Positions 12,278-25,764 are shown, numbered from the stretch's first letter. The stretch is DNA of 64,000 nucleotides from Somniosus microcephalus (GCA_052327205.1 CM126210.1:106082001-106146000); one strand, 5' to 3'. Numbers and translations are program-made. Notes: generated by a model from the letters alone, not told the origin.

Positions 12278-12480
12278 GGTGCAAATGCTGGAAATCTAAA
12301 ATAAAAGCAAGAACTGCAGGTCAGCATCTGCAAAAGAGAAATGACGAGTTGTGACATTTTGGTTGTGTACCCATAGTCAGAATTTTTTTTTGATAAATAG
12401 TACGTGACTGAAACATCATAAACGACCTTTTCCTTTTACAGATGCTGACTGATCTGTGGATTTCCAACATTTTCTGTTTG
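12278..12480. mobile_element. Degraded foldback element related to 7472-9558
   Basis: AAATGCTGGAAAT...CAGCATCTG and CAGATGCTG...ATTTCCAACATTTTCTGTTT arms. Confidence 0.45.
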
Positions 12481-13105
12481 TACCCTATTTCATGAGCCTG
12501 TTCATAAAATTAGTGTCATCTGGTCTTCCTGGTACACAATAACTGTCAGATTGTTTGACCTTCCTTAAACTTAAAATAAAATAGGATTTGTAGAGTACTT
12601 CTTCAGAGTACAGTTCTTTAAACAAATGCATTTTTGTGACATTGCTGCTTCTGTTACACATTTATAAAAGGGATAAATGAGTATGGATAAACCACAAATT
12701 GCATTTGTTGCAGATAATTTATTAATAGGATGCAATAAAAATGAAGGGATATATTTCATTGGCTGGTAAAAATAATATTGCTGTGTTAGGGTAATCTTGG
12801 ATTTCTTGGGACAGTTCTTCATCATCATTTAAAATCAGTTACATAATTACATAAGTATAAGGTTTACAGTGTGCTGCATAAAGCATCATATTTTTAATGG
12901 ATTAGGGTCAAATTTGGCAGTTCTTGCACATGTATCTACTGCTAAGTGCATATTGTGAATAAACTATGCCATAATGATAGTAGTCCTTGGGATCTTTGGG
13001 GGGGAAATCAGAACTTTGCTAAGTCCAAGGCTTCTGCATGGCTCAGCTTTAATCAAATTACTAGCCTTGTTAAGTGCTGCTACAGCACTTGAAAGACAAG
13101 TATTA

Positions 13106-13279
13106 GGCCCCGATTTTAACCTCACCTGCGCAGCAGGAGCAGGGAGACGTTTGTGCCGGATGTCCGTTTTACACAACGCCCAATTTTATGCTCAATTGAA
13201 AACAGTGGAGCATAAAATCAGGTGGGGTGTGAAATGGTCATCTGCTCTGTTCCTGTTGGGTTAGGTTAAAATCAGAGCT
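13106..13279. mobile_element. Short Harbinger/Tourist-type MITE
   Basis: GGCCCCGATTTTAACC / GGTTAAAATCAGAGCT imperfect TIR; TTA duplication. Confidence 0.65.
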
Positions 13280-13570
13280 TTAATATCATTTTATTTTTCC
13301 ACATACACATACGAACGTACGGAAAAGGACAGGAAAAGACCACCTGGTCCATCAAGCCCATCCCATCCAGAAATAGTGCAAACTTCGTGAACCATCAACC
13401 TACCCTCCAGTCACGCAATCTCCTAGAAGAGGCAAAAGAAATTTAGGCCCATTTATGAAGAACTCTCTGACCCTTGAAGGCAATAAAAAAGGCTTCAGAA
13501 GACTGCAATAACTCATGTCAGTAATCGCAGGTAGCTCTCACCTACATTCTATAACTTGAGATGTCCTTGA

Positions 13571-16101
13571 GGCCGGAATTTTCCAGGGTGGTAGCGGGCG
13601 CGATTGGTGGCGGGTCGGGTGGGAAAGTTGTTATTTTTGACAGCGAGTCGGGAACCTGTTGTCATCCTGCTCCCACACGTCTTTCCCCCAGGCACGTCTG
13701 TCATGGCGGAGCCGACCCAACCAGCAGCGGCGGGCGACCCAATTGAAATCATTATCAGGTAGTTTACAGGCACTTAACAGCCTTTTTTCATTTACTTTTA
13801 AAATTTCCCTGAATGGCCACAGGATTCACACAGCTCTGGAACCACGTCTGCCAACCTGAGGTGGGAGTTCTGTGGCCGTTGCTCCAGTTGATTACTTGAC
13901 AGCATCAAATGTACAGTAAAAGCTCCCACCTGACAAATGATCACTTTCCTCAGGCAGAAGCTCAGTCCATTTCCAGCACAGATTCTGAAAGCTGCAAGTC
14001 TTTCCAGAAAAGACTCCATCCAGTCTCACCTCATTGGAAGAACTCTCTCACTATTGACAGAATGCATCTGTCATCTGTACTTCACCTGTCATATATTCCA
14101 TCAACATAGGTGTTCTTTATACTGTCTCAACGTGGTCCTCAGAATCGGACCATGATCAGCCCCAACACAAACAGCACCAGGCACACCAGCAGCACCAACA
14201 ACAACACCAACCTTCTCCACAATCATTTGATGCTGCAGAGGGCACCAGCACCCGAGCACATTGCTGCCTGGGAGGCGAGGGATGGCCTCATCATACCAGA
14301 TTTAGTTAACTTTGCGCTGTACACCCAGATGGCTGCCACATGATGCGCCAGGTTGGCATCATCCCACATCAACACCATAAAACATCCCTACAATGACCAA
14401 GCCATTCCTTTCACACTCATCACCATTGCGGGGGATTACCGTTATGTCTCACCATTCACTGCAACTCACTAAGCCACTTCCAAGACTGAAAAGTGTTGAA
14501 AATAAGGATTTTTATGTTTGACACAAGGGGCTGGATTTTGCCAATGGGGAGCTTTTGAAGGTGGGACTCCCACTTGTCGGGTTTCAGTCCCGCCTCCATC
14601 AACTTCTGGCTAACCCACGCTATTTTCCCTTGATTGACCTTGTTAAGTCCGCCTAGCAGGCTTAGCAGGCCAATTAAGGGAAAGCCGGTTACAACATTTT
14701 TGACAGATGAATTGTCATCGTTTGACAGCTCATGAAGCTGTCAAACACAGACATTCTCTGTAGTTTGATGAGTTCTTGAATTCAAGACCTCATCAAACCT
14801 CTTTCTTTTGTAGAAATTAGATGGTTGCTGAATTGGAGAATGCAACGGGCGTCCGTCATCTCTACTGCGGAGGTGCGAGACTCTCTGCATACCCACCGAC
14901 TGAAGCCTGCAGGAAGAAACAAAGATAAGTAAACTTTTTCTAACACTTTGCACTTACCTCAGATACTTACCTCTCCACACTTGCACCCATCACTCACCTC
15001 CACAGCACACTTTTGGACCCCGCAGACCCCCGCAGACCCACTACTTGCCTCGGTGACCCTGGCGAATTTCGGAGCCTTCGGGAAGCCCGCACTTGTGTGG
15101 GCAAAATGGGGATAATCCTATTTTCTGCCTGTTAACTACCTGTTAACAGGCAGTTAAATGGCTGTAATACCTTCCCGCCTCCAAGGAGACGGGACCCGGC
15201 GCGGGACGGCTACCCACCTCCTGGCAAGGTGGCATGGTGGTGGGTTGGGGGCGGGTTGGGCACCCGCCCCCAAATTCTGCCATTTTCCCGGCAGTCCCAC
15301 CTCCAAACCCGCCTCCCCAGGGCTGGCAAAATCCAACCCCACATTAACAGAAACTTTACATAAATATTGGATAAAACACCCAAGTGGGTGACTACACTAG
15401 GGTGAGTGTGAGGGGTGGCTAGTGAGATGGGGATGTGATAATGTAGATAGAGAGCGAGGGATGGGTGGAGGTGCAAGGTGTGTTGGTGTGAGTAAGGATG
15501 TGCAGGAGTAGGGTTGGGAAAGGCAGAGTGATGCAGATGTGATGTGAGGAACAGCAGGATGAGGGTGAGTGTGGCTTTGTACTAATGTTTCCTGATCTAA
15601 TGAGATCATTGAAATGATTGTGGCACTGCACCAAGGTCCTCCTGACCACGTCCCTGCTTGTGACCTCCTCTGCAATTTGCAACCAGGCTGTCTTGGCCTC
15701 CTGGGGAGGGCTCTTCCACCCATCGGAAAGGAAGAGGACCTCCATGTGTGCTCTGACTCCCTCCAAGTCATTGGATAACCTGGGTGCAGCCCTCTGGTTC
15801 TGTGCAGTCATTGTCAGTGTTTGCAGCACTCCAATGCTGTAGTGCACTGACAGCACTATGTTAGATTAATCTTCAAATCTAATGTGACCATGGTCCCTTT
15901 AAAAATCCTGGTGACAACGTGTCATGAATGACGTCACCAGACCTGCTCCATCTAATTGGGCCGGGTAACGCGCTGGGTGTGCTTAATAGGCCCTATTAAG
16001 GTAAGTTCATTTTCAACAGCGGGATGGAGCCAGCCGCAGGGTCACGACCCACCACGGACACCACCCACACTGGACCCGCCCAGCTAGGCAAAATTCCGGC
16101 C
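13571..16101 (+). mobile_element. Non-autonomous Harbinger derivative with Myb exon-1 remnant
   Basis: TIR GGCCGGAATTTT / AAAATTCCGGCC; TGA/TCA flanks; transposase C-terminal remnant HIAAWEARDGLII at about 14258-14308; Myb exon MTAQNQRAAPR...AWLQIAEEV on the minus strand at about 15590-15811. Confidence 0.8.
14527..15340. mobile_element. MITE nested in the Harbinger derivative
   Basis: 17-bp TIR GGGGCTGGATTTTGCCA / TGGCAAAATCCAACCCC, one mismatch; duplication unclear. Confidence 0.75.
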
Positions 16102-17782
16102 TCAGGAACTCATCCAGCTCCCCTATTGATGGACTGCAGTGGACTCATTCTTGCCACTCTTTTTGGTCATCTGTTCCAAAGGTTAATGGCTCTCTGTGAA
16201 AATAAATACTTCCCAGCATTTAACTAACTCTGTCATATTTCAAATTCATACTCCCTAGTTCTCGCATCTCTATCTACCTCCAATAACATCCACCCAGACA
16301 GAATCTTTTCCCTTCATCATTTTAAAAACTTCAATCATATCTCCTTGAAATCTACACTTCTCCAATGAAAGAAGCTCCAATTACTTGAGCCAATCCTGAG
16401 AGCTAAGAGCCCTATCATTCTGGTTGTCCTTCTCTGGCCCTTCAAGATCTTTAAATTTCATGCCACGAAAGTAGGTCATAACTGGATGCAATATTCTAAA
16501 AGCAGCCATTCCAAGATATATAACTTAATATTGTATTTCTAGTTTTGCATTGAACTGTCCAAGCAATACACCATGACATTCTGTTTACTTTCCCTTTGGC
16601 CTCACAACACTGGTTGTGGAATTGTAGTGTTTTATTACTGTGACCTCAGATCTCTCTACTCTGCAACCTTTAGTGGGTAGCTCTGCATGGCATACACATG
16701 CCTGGAATTTCACAGACCCAGTGCATCACACTTTTTTTTACTATATTGAAGGTCATCTGCCAAACACGGACCCATTCTTCCAATGCATGTAAATCAGCCT
16801 GTAACCTATTCCATCTAGATTTCTAACTCCTGCACACATTTTTGTGTCATGGCAAACTTGAGAATTGTTTCCTTAATGCATTCATTCAAATCATTGATAA
16901 AGATGATGAAGAACAAGAGTCCCAATACTGATCACTGCAGGACTCCACTTGTGACTAGGCTCCAGGCAGAGCTACTTCTGTTAGTTACTACCCTCTGCCT
17001 ATCAGAATGTAACCGATTCACTACCCAATTTAAGATTTACTCACCAAACCCATACGACCAGACCTTACATGATAGCCTACTATGCGGCACTTTACTGAAG
17101 ACTTTCTAGAAATAAAGTTATGCAATGTCAGTTGGGCTACCATCATTCACCAACTTCATCATGTCTTCAAAGAATTCACTCGGCTAGCGAGACAGGACCT
17201 CCATTTCCAAAAGCCATCCTGGAATTCTCTAATAACTGTCACATTTTCCTAGCAGCCATACAGCACATCCTCTAATAACACCTTCCAACATATTACTGAA
17301 GTCAAGCTATCTGACCTATCATTCCCAGAATGTGTCATACTCCCCTTCTTAAATATTGGCACAACATGGACCTCGCTCCAATCTGTCGGAATAATCCCAG
17401 ACCAAAATAAAGTCTTAAATATATAAGCTAATGACTCTCATAATGCATTCCCACACTCTAGGATGAATGTCATCAAGTCCCACAGGCCTATCAGCCTTAT
17501 GAGTCATAATCCTTGCCAGGATCATTTTCAGATTAACTTTCAAGGATTTAATTTTGAGAACACCGTTAACCATCACCACTGGAAATTTAGCATCATCTTC
17601 AATCGTGAAGTATCCAGTTAGCAACTCAGCCACATCTTGGTTCCCAATCCTATCTTGGTCTGCAAAATCTCTCAAAAAAAGTCTTTTATCAGAATAATCC
17701 CAGACCAAAATAAAGTCTTAAATATATAAGCTAAGGACTCTCATAATGCATTCCCACACTCTAGGATGAATGTCATCAAGTC

Positions 17783-18688
17783 ATGGGGGTATGATTAAGA
17801 AGTTTGCAGATGATACTAAAATCGACTGTGTGGTTGATACTGAAGAAGGAAGCGGTAGACTGCAGGAAGATATCAATAAATTGGTCAGGTGGGCAGAACA
17901 GTGGCAAATAGAATTCAATCCGAAGAAGTGTGAGGTAATGCATTTGGGGAGGCTAACAAGGAAAGGGAATACACATTAAATGGTAGGACACTGAGTAGTG
18001 TAGAGGAACAATGGGACCTTGGAGTGCATGTCCACAGATCCCTGACGGTAGCAGGCCAAGTAGATAAGGTGGTTAAGAAGGCATACGGAATGCCGTGGCA
18101 TAGAATACAAGAGCAAGGGGGTTATGCTTCAACACTAGTTAGGCCTCAGCTAGAGTACTGCATGCAGTTCTGGTCACCACATTACATGAAAGATGTGATT
18201 GCACTAGAGAGGGTACAGAGGAGATTTACAAGGATGTTGCCGGGAGTAGAGAATCTTAGCTATGAGGAAAGACTGGATAGGCTGGGTCTGTTTTCCTTGG
18301 AACAGAGGAGGCTTATTGAGGTGTATAAAATTATGAGGGACATAGATAAAGTTGATAGAAAGGACCTATTTCCCTTAGCAGAGGGATCAAAAACCAGGGG
18401 GCACAGATTTAAAGTAATTGGGGAAGGTTTAGAGGGGATTTGAGGGGAAATTTCTTCACCCAGAGGGTTGTGGGGGTCTGGAACTCACTGTCTGAAAGGG
18501 TGGTAGAGGCAGGAACCCTAACCACATTTAAAAAGTACTTGGATGTGCACTTGGGATGCTCTAACCTGCAGGGCTACGGACCAAGAGCTGGGAAGTGGGA
18601 TTAGGCTGGATAGCTCTTTGTTGGCCGGCGTGGACACGATGGGCCGAAATGGCCTCTTTTCATGCTGTAACTTTCTATGATTCTATGA
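17783..18688 (+). mobile_element. 5'-truncated CR1 LINE (RT C-terminus and 3' UTR)
   Basis: [33 protein letters not shown]; TTCTATGA tandem tail. Confidence 0.95.
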
Positions 18689-18927
18689 TTATCACTCTGC
18701 TGATATAATTGAAAAGATCTTACTGCCACTGCCTCTTTCCTACTGCTGTAATAGCAGATTTTGTTAACCTCAATTGTATCTTATACCTGTCTCTACTTTC
18801 TTGACAGTTAATTTCTTTACATTCGGTAAAATATCTTTTTGAGGATATTTTGTGCACAAAACTTGCTAAATAGCCATTCGAGCTTCACTTTACCATGTAC
18901 TCTCTTTTGTTATCCAAGGAACATATA

Positions 18928-21272
18928 GGGGACAATTTTAACTCAGCCGTGAGGCGGGCTTTGAGGCATGTGGGGGGTTAAAATTGCAAAAACTGGGGGT
19001 CGGGACCCCCCCGCCTGGTTCCCGACCCTGAGCCATTTCAACCCAGGCGTGTCTGATGGTCCCGAATCAGTCCCACCTCCAACAGGCGGGACTGGTCTTT
19101 AAGATGCTTAATCAGCAATAATTGGCCTTTATAATGCCATTTTAACAGGCCCTTGCATTTTTAACCCTTTTCCCACGTAAAACACGCCTGGTGGGGATCA
19201 CGCCTGTGAAACCTGGCGTGAGCACTATTGGCTTGCTGACTATCAGCTGCAGGTCAACCATTAAAGAGGAGATTTGATCAGTCATCATTTGCAGGTGGCA
19301 GGACTTTGTTGTTTCAGGCCTGGGGCAACTTTTACCAGGCTTAACCACACCTGTGGAAGATTGGAGCCTCACACACATCTCCAGTGTGACCTCCTGGGAA
19401 ACCCCGCTCGCCACCTTCACTCAGCGCTTCCTCATTGGGGGCATGTACCAGAAGCATGGGAGCCATTTATTTCCCTGCTGCTCACCCACCTGAAGCTGCA
19501 CAGGCCAGAAGGGGCCAGCGCCTGGAAGTGGCTTGCGAGCAGCTTGCTGCACATCAGGGGGCCATGGGGACCCGTATCTGCACTGGCAGTCCTACTCAGA
19601 AGGACTTCCATGAAGGTCTGGTTTCTCTGTTCAATAGATGCCCATCACTCCTCAAGAGATGTCATTCTATTCTGAACACTCACCATGTTTTCCATACCCT
19701 GGGGACTAACCTCCTCCATGGAGGTTGCCATCTTTTCCATGGTGATGCGTTCATGCACCAATGATTCCACAAAGGCTCTGCTCATGTGATGGACCCAGAA
19801 GCAGAGGGTCGACATGCAGCTGAGCCGAGCTGGTAGAGTCCTGCGCCCTCTGACGAGGACTCTCCACTGCTGTCCCTGTCTCCACAATCTGCTGATGTTC
19901 ACTTGTGAGCTGTGATACACCAGGTGACAACACTACTCTGTCCCGAAGGTCCGCCCGAGGTGTGAGTGCCTGCGCTGGTGCTGGATGCACATATTTCTGC
20001 TGACGGTGCACCCTCAGAGGTTGCAGATTCCTCTGAGGAGTCTGGAATCTCAGGCTCTTCCCCCTGCACAGTGGGGACGGGGGCTCTCGATGGTCCTGTG
20101 GGGGAGTCAAGGAAAAAGTTAGAGATGTGATGCCAAGGTTACATGCACATTGCATTTTGCAGATGATCATAAGTCCATATGATGTAGCTTCAGAATCATT
20201 ATCAGCGACTCATGCAATGTCAGTGAGAGAGATGGAAAACTATTCTGTCACCAGCTTGCGGGGATGCACCTGTCTGTCCTTCCCCAACGTCCACATCTGT
20301 ATCATCCCCGACAATCTCCAGGACGGTATCCTCCCAGGGGGTGAGCTGGGCTAATGAGGGTGGCCCTCCTCCTGTCCTGGCTCGCTCTCTCCTGTTGTGA
20401 GCTCTCTTTTCCTGCAATGAGGGAGACAAGTGGAGGTTGAGTGAGAATGAGGGAGTGAGTGTAGAGATTGCATAGCATTGATACTTAGAAGGAGACAAAG
20501 ATGGAGTGAAGTTGCAAGACCAAGGGCCCTCCCTGTGTGTTGTCAGTTGTGTTCAAAGCATCAGAGTGAGAAGGAGTGTGAGGGCTGCATGGTTGAATAG
20601 TTATGTGAATGTGAGCATAGAGAGAGAGGGAATGGCTAAGGGTGCATGGATGTGAGTGTCAAGTGGGATGTGGCGGAAGAGATTGCTAAAGCTGAGTGCT
20701 GGTGAGGAAGGGCAATGGGGATCAGATTGAGGTGATGGAAACTTCATACTTACTTTTCCAGTGCGATGAAGGTCATGGAATCTTCTCCTGCACTGCATCC
20801 AGGTGCACCGTTTGAGCCCCAAGGAGTTGACTTCCCCAGCCACCTGTAGCCACACAGCCTTGGTCTGACTGGGAGGCCTCTTCCTCCCTGAAGAAGGGAA
20901 CAGGACCTCCCTGTGGGCCCTAGCCCCATCCAACAATGCCTGCAGTGATGCCTCATCAAAATTAGAAGATGATCTTGGCCTCCCGCTGGCCATTGTTCCT
21001 GTAGGTTCCTGTGCCATCAAATGCCAAAAGGTTGGCAGCCTGCAGAAGAAGCAAGGCTTGTTGCAGACCTTAAATGCAGCAGCAATGATGATGTCATATT
21101 ATGCAACATTCTGAATGGAAATACTCGTTTGCCAAGGGTTCCCACATGTTGGAAATCAATTGGCCAGTTGAGTTAAAATTGCATCAATCTCACACATCCA
21201 TTTAGATTTGTGTGGGAAACACGAAATTCGGGGAACCCGACAATTGCCCGCACCTGAGTTAAAATCAACCCC
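18928..21272 (+). mobile_element. Non-autonomous Harbinger derivative retaining the Myb gene
   Basis: TIR GGGGACAATTTTAACTCAG / CTGAGTTAAAATCAACCCC; ATA duplication; very similar to 48296-52553 but lacks the transposase core. Confidence 0.92.
19530..21017 (-). pseudogene. Harbinger Myb/SANT gene: exon 1 21017-20754, exon 2 20411-20252, exon 3 from 20095 (frameshifted, truncated)
   Basis: FDEASLQALLDG...WLQVAGEVN...WMQCRRRFHDL; GTAAGT and GTGACA donors; TTGCAG and CCACAG acceptors; exons 1-2 open. Confidence 0.8.
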
Positions 21273-22433
21273 ATATAGTTTCCCTGTCCATTTGTATAGA
21301 TTTGAAATAAATCAAATTTTCTTCTGTATTACAGTTGTTCCTTTCTAGCAGCATCCCCAATAAACCTTCTGCAAATACTCCCTCACTCTTGAAAGTTTAG
21401 CCTCCTTGAAATCTGACGCTAACATTAAATTATGTGCAGCAGTAAATAATTTAACCAACTGAAATCTGATTATTTTAATTAAGGAAAAATGTTTTGTAGT
21501 ATATTCATGGAATAAACATTGACCATTGATTATAAAAACATGTTTCAAGACATGCCAAATTTCTTTATATAGAGGTAACATGCTTTACCCAAAAACTAAT
21601 GAGATTATTTCCAAACTGGATCTATCTACTGCATTAGCATAACATATTGTGAGTGTTGGCTTAGCTTATAATTTTTACTTTGTAAGTGTATAGCTTATTG
21701 AACTTTACAATAAATTACAAGACAAAATCAGTTATTCAAACCATTCAGGAGTTGGAAAATATTTGAATGTGCCAAAATTTGAGCTATGTAACACAACACA
21801 AATACTGCACACCTATTTTACAGGTGCTTATCTTCATGCATGAAGCACTCATTCCTTGGTTTTGAAAAAATGCATTTAAGGCTCTGGAAGATAATTGATT
21901 ATTCCTAAACTTTTGCTAAAAACAGCAGTGGGGCAGTTACACCCAGTGCACTATTTTGGTATGTGTATCACATTTATATTACTGCATAGTTTCAATATGC
22001 AGTGTTCAGATAAACAATGTTGCATTGAACTACTGAGCAGGGATGTCGCATCTTTCTGGAAGGGTTGTGGGAGTTTTCTGAGATCCTCCCTACATATTTT
22101 GTAAACATTTTGCATTTCTAGCTATTCTCCTTTAGCATTGCTAACAGGGAATCTGGAGTCTGGAGTACGGTTATGATGCTTAGCTGATAACCTGGCCTGT
22201 GCTTCTAAAACCAGGAGCAGGAGTAGGCCATACGACCCCAATTGACGGAATGTCACTGTTTCAACCTGGGGGCGTGGATTGTTTTGTGGGCGGGGCCTTA
22301 TTTGGGAATTAGGAACATTCTGAAAATTATAGCTACTTAAAAATTGCAGAAGCTGATCAAAGGGTGGTTATAATTGCTTGTAAATTTCCAGCTCTAGATT
22401 AATGATTGACTTTCTTTCTCTGTTTTTTTAAAG

Positions 22434-22514
22434 ACTGTTTTGCATGTGGTGTGTGGCGGACATGCACTAGATACAGGACTTCAAACTAACTGATCTCCCA
22501 TGGCACTGCTCACT
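22434..22514 (+). other. Candidate host exon (non-coding or 5' UTR)
   Basis: Pyrimidine tract TTTCTTTCTCTGTTTTTTTAAAG acceptor and GTAAGT donor; stops in all three frames; ends ATGGCACTGCTCACT. Confidence 0.3.
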
Positions 22515-22946
22515 GTAAGTTTGAGGATGCACTTTTATGATGGGAGATAATACCATGAATCTTTCATTTTAATCGGCAGTATGTTTTAAAGAGCTGGTGT
22601 CCTGCCTCTCTCAATCTACCCAAGAGTGAGCAATGCTTACAGCTGGTTATTGTAATAGCTGCTCGTACAGTTGACATGCTCCTCTTAAAGCAATTTAATT
22701 CAAACTGTAATTTTAAGAATGCGGGTAAGCTGATCGCTTGCCAACTGTATGGACAGCTGTTTCAGTAACCAGCTAGAGATTTTCTTCAATGTTAGGCGGG
22801 CTGAGAGAGACAGAACACAAGCATTTCAAAACATACCGCTGATTAAAATTGTATTTGTCTCCAACTATCTCTCTCTCTCCTTTTGAGTATGTCCCTCCTT
22901 CATTCTGTCCTCTTGCTTCTGTATGTTTATCTGTAACATAGGTTGT

Positions 22947-23701
22947 GGGGTAGAGTTTCCGCTTTGAGTGCAATCGGGTAATTGCGCCAAAATGCGCTTG
23001 AAATTGTGCTGGTTAGGTTACGCTTCAAGTTTCCACTAAAATTCATTTGCATAATTACAAACGTCAAATCTTCCATGAGCCAGCGCAATCAGGCAGCATA
23101 ATCAAACATAATTGTTTCTTTTCTTTCCATTCCTCAATGCATTTAAGAGTGGCAACCTGGTGCATTTTTATTAATACAGCTGAAAATCAATTTATCAGCA
23201 TTTTTAATAAGGGCGTCCAGTCCTCCGCCTGTGAGTAACCTGATTTAAAATCACTGAAAATGACTTAAAAAACTATACTGAACCATTTAATAGTTTCATT
23301 GTTGTACACTAGTCAGTTTCTTAGTAAATGAAATATTTTTTGACATGAAGAAAACTTTTGAAACGTGCCTACTGGTGCCTGTTCATCTAAGAAAATAACT
23401 GCAATTTGAACAGCCTTCCCAGTCCACCGCAATAAGAACATAAGAATTAAGAGTAGGCCATACGACCGCAATTGGCGGAATCTCACAATTTCAACCTGGG
23501 GGCATGGACTATTTTGTGGGCGGGGCCTTATTTGAGCAAATTGAATCTTGAACCAGCGTAAAAGATAGTGGAAAATATGAGTGTAAGTGATTCTGGGTGC
23601 AACTCACCTATGCTTTAAATTCCCCAATCTTTTGCGCTGGTTGGGATTATTCTGCCCAGATTACACTGGAATCTGGCTGCAAGACTAGCGGAAACTTCCC
23701 C
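22947..23701. mobile_element. Degraded Harbinger-type MITE
   Basis: GGGGTAGAGTTTCCGCT / AGCGGAAACTTCCCC imperfect TIR. Confidence 0.55.
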
Positions 23702-25614
23702 CCCCCCCCCATATCTTTTTCTATATGCATGGTTTTCTGTATTTATGTATTTCATTCATTATATTTAATTGTCTCTTTCACATTTTCTCCCTTTTCTCTC
23801 TGTATATCTCTTCTATCTCCTTCCATCCCCTGCACACTGCCTCTCTTAAACATTTTAGTCTTTTTGTCTCTCTCTTTCCCTTTCTCCATACAATATCTTT
23901 CTCTATTTCTCTTTTGTCTCCCTCCCTCATACACTGTCTCCCTCATACTTGCTTGCTCCCAGCCTCTCTCTCTCTTTCTTTATCTTACACACAGGGTGAG
24001 ACTTTCAACTATCGGCTGACAATTCTTGCCTGTAAATGGGTGTCCGGCAGGTGAAAACCTGGCGGTGACATTGTGGACCCATTTGCGCTTTCAGTCAGGA
24101 CTTTAAATGAGCGCCCAGTATTCCCGCCTAAAACAAGTGGGAGGCTGTTTAAATATGCAAATCGGGATCCTACACTTGTTGTTGGGCTCCGATTGTAACT
24201 TTTAAGGAGAAGTGGATGAAGCATGCCAGTCCCACTCTGTCCAGGTGTTGATAGGCCTCTCCCAAAATGTACGTTTTTTGTTTTTTGTGGTACCAAGGAA
24301 AGTAGTAGTCCTCTGAGCCCCACAAAAATTTTCTAAGCTGCTGCCAACCCGTTTCCCCCTCTCCACCATTATGCTCCTCCCAACCCCCAACAGGTCTTAA
24401 CTGGTGGTGAGCTGCAGTGGGACGCCTGTTTGGGACCTGCAGCTCGCTAAGAAAGTGTTAATGAGATTGAACCTGAAAATGGATTGGGCCTCCCGACTGC
24501 TGCATTGGGTGGGGCACCGTGGACGCTCTGCCAATAATGCGCCCATGCAGCGCCCAACCAGTACGTCTCCGCCAGTGTGTCTCCCTTTTTCTCTCTTTCA
24601 CTGACACATAGAAGGCTGATTTTTCTCTTGACTCCTACAATGGTGCAACTTCAAAAGAGCAGGACTTTCCCCTGCCCGTTGTGCGTGCCCTAGACCCTTG
24701 CTAATTTTCCAGCGTTAGGTTATTTTAATATGGGGGGTAGGCTACCAATGGGATTCCCACCTGTGTCTGGGTGACTGCCTCAGGGTGGAAGGGAAATTGC
24801 TGCTGCGGACTTTGGGAACAAAATTTGTGGATGTAGGTGTGTAGTTGATTAATCTTGTAATTTAGATTTTAAATTACCCTTCTCATGCCATAGGAATGTT
24901 GTATGTCAAGAACATGTTTCTAGCCCAGTGTTGCTCTGGCACAAATGATGGGAAATGTGTTGTATTTTAATATATGCATCCATATTTAGGTAAAAGTATT
25001 GAATGCCCAAAGTCGCTTCTAGCAGGAAATCTTGAAAGTGGCAGCAGTTAGTGTGGGGTTGGCAGAGTGGCATCCTACCTAATTTTCCTCCTGTGCACTC
25101 TGGAATTACATGGAGAGGAAAATCTGACCCAATGTCTGTCTCTGTGTGCATCTGTCTGCCTCTCTGTCTGTCTCTCTCTCTCCCCCGACTGCTTTCCCCC
25201 TTCTACAATCTGATGTATGGTGCTATGCACGAATATTCCTTTCTGTAACACTTTCCATTCCAGTAATTATAATGGAAAAGCCACATTTAAACATTTTATA
25301 ATGGGGAAAACTGCATATAAGCAGTTGTTTGTCATGGTTTGCTGATGGACTAATCAAATCACTGAGAATGCTTTTTAAAATTCTCAATAACTGAAATCTC
25401 TAAGGTGCAAAATAAGTTTTGAATAGTTTTTTTTTAAATTTGCATATTTCACATTTACATAATAACATTTATGCAGTATTGCTTTCATAAAGTCTTTACT
25501 TCAAGGCTTCAGCCTGTTGCAAAAGCCTGAGCTTTGATGGGATATTTTTACCTCACAACAGTTATCCAGAGCCTTCAATCATATCTGTTCATTATGAACA
25601 TGTGCATTTTGCAG

Positions 25615-25764
25615 AATTTATGAGCACGCATTCTATGCATCATCATGACTGGAAGAGTAGAAAGGTGTGTCCCCGTATCCCCTGTGACTTGAGTTATATT
25701 TTTGCCTTTTCCAAAAAACACATTGGAAAAAGCTAGAGATTGAATTCTGAAAGCTTTATTTCAG
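25615..25764 (+). other. Candidate host exon (non-coding)
   Basis: TTTTGCAG acceptor; consensus CAG|GTAAGT donor; 150 nt; no fully open frame. Confidence 0.25.

Larger units (their letters stand above)
13305..18900 (-). mobile_element. Old degraded CR1-type LINE, interrupted by a Harbinger (13571-16101) and a younger CR1 (17692-18688)
   Basis: 3' UTR-like end near 13305; minus-strand RT remnants at 16300-17500 (KFA.DTK at about 16850, G.DDIHPRV at about 17460); outer limits approximate. Confidence 0.6.

Noticed and set aside
23597-24054. Hydrophobic 140-aa ORF
   Set aside because: It is a translation of a CT-rich low-complexity tract.
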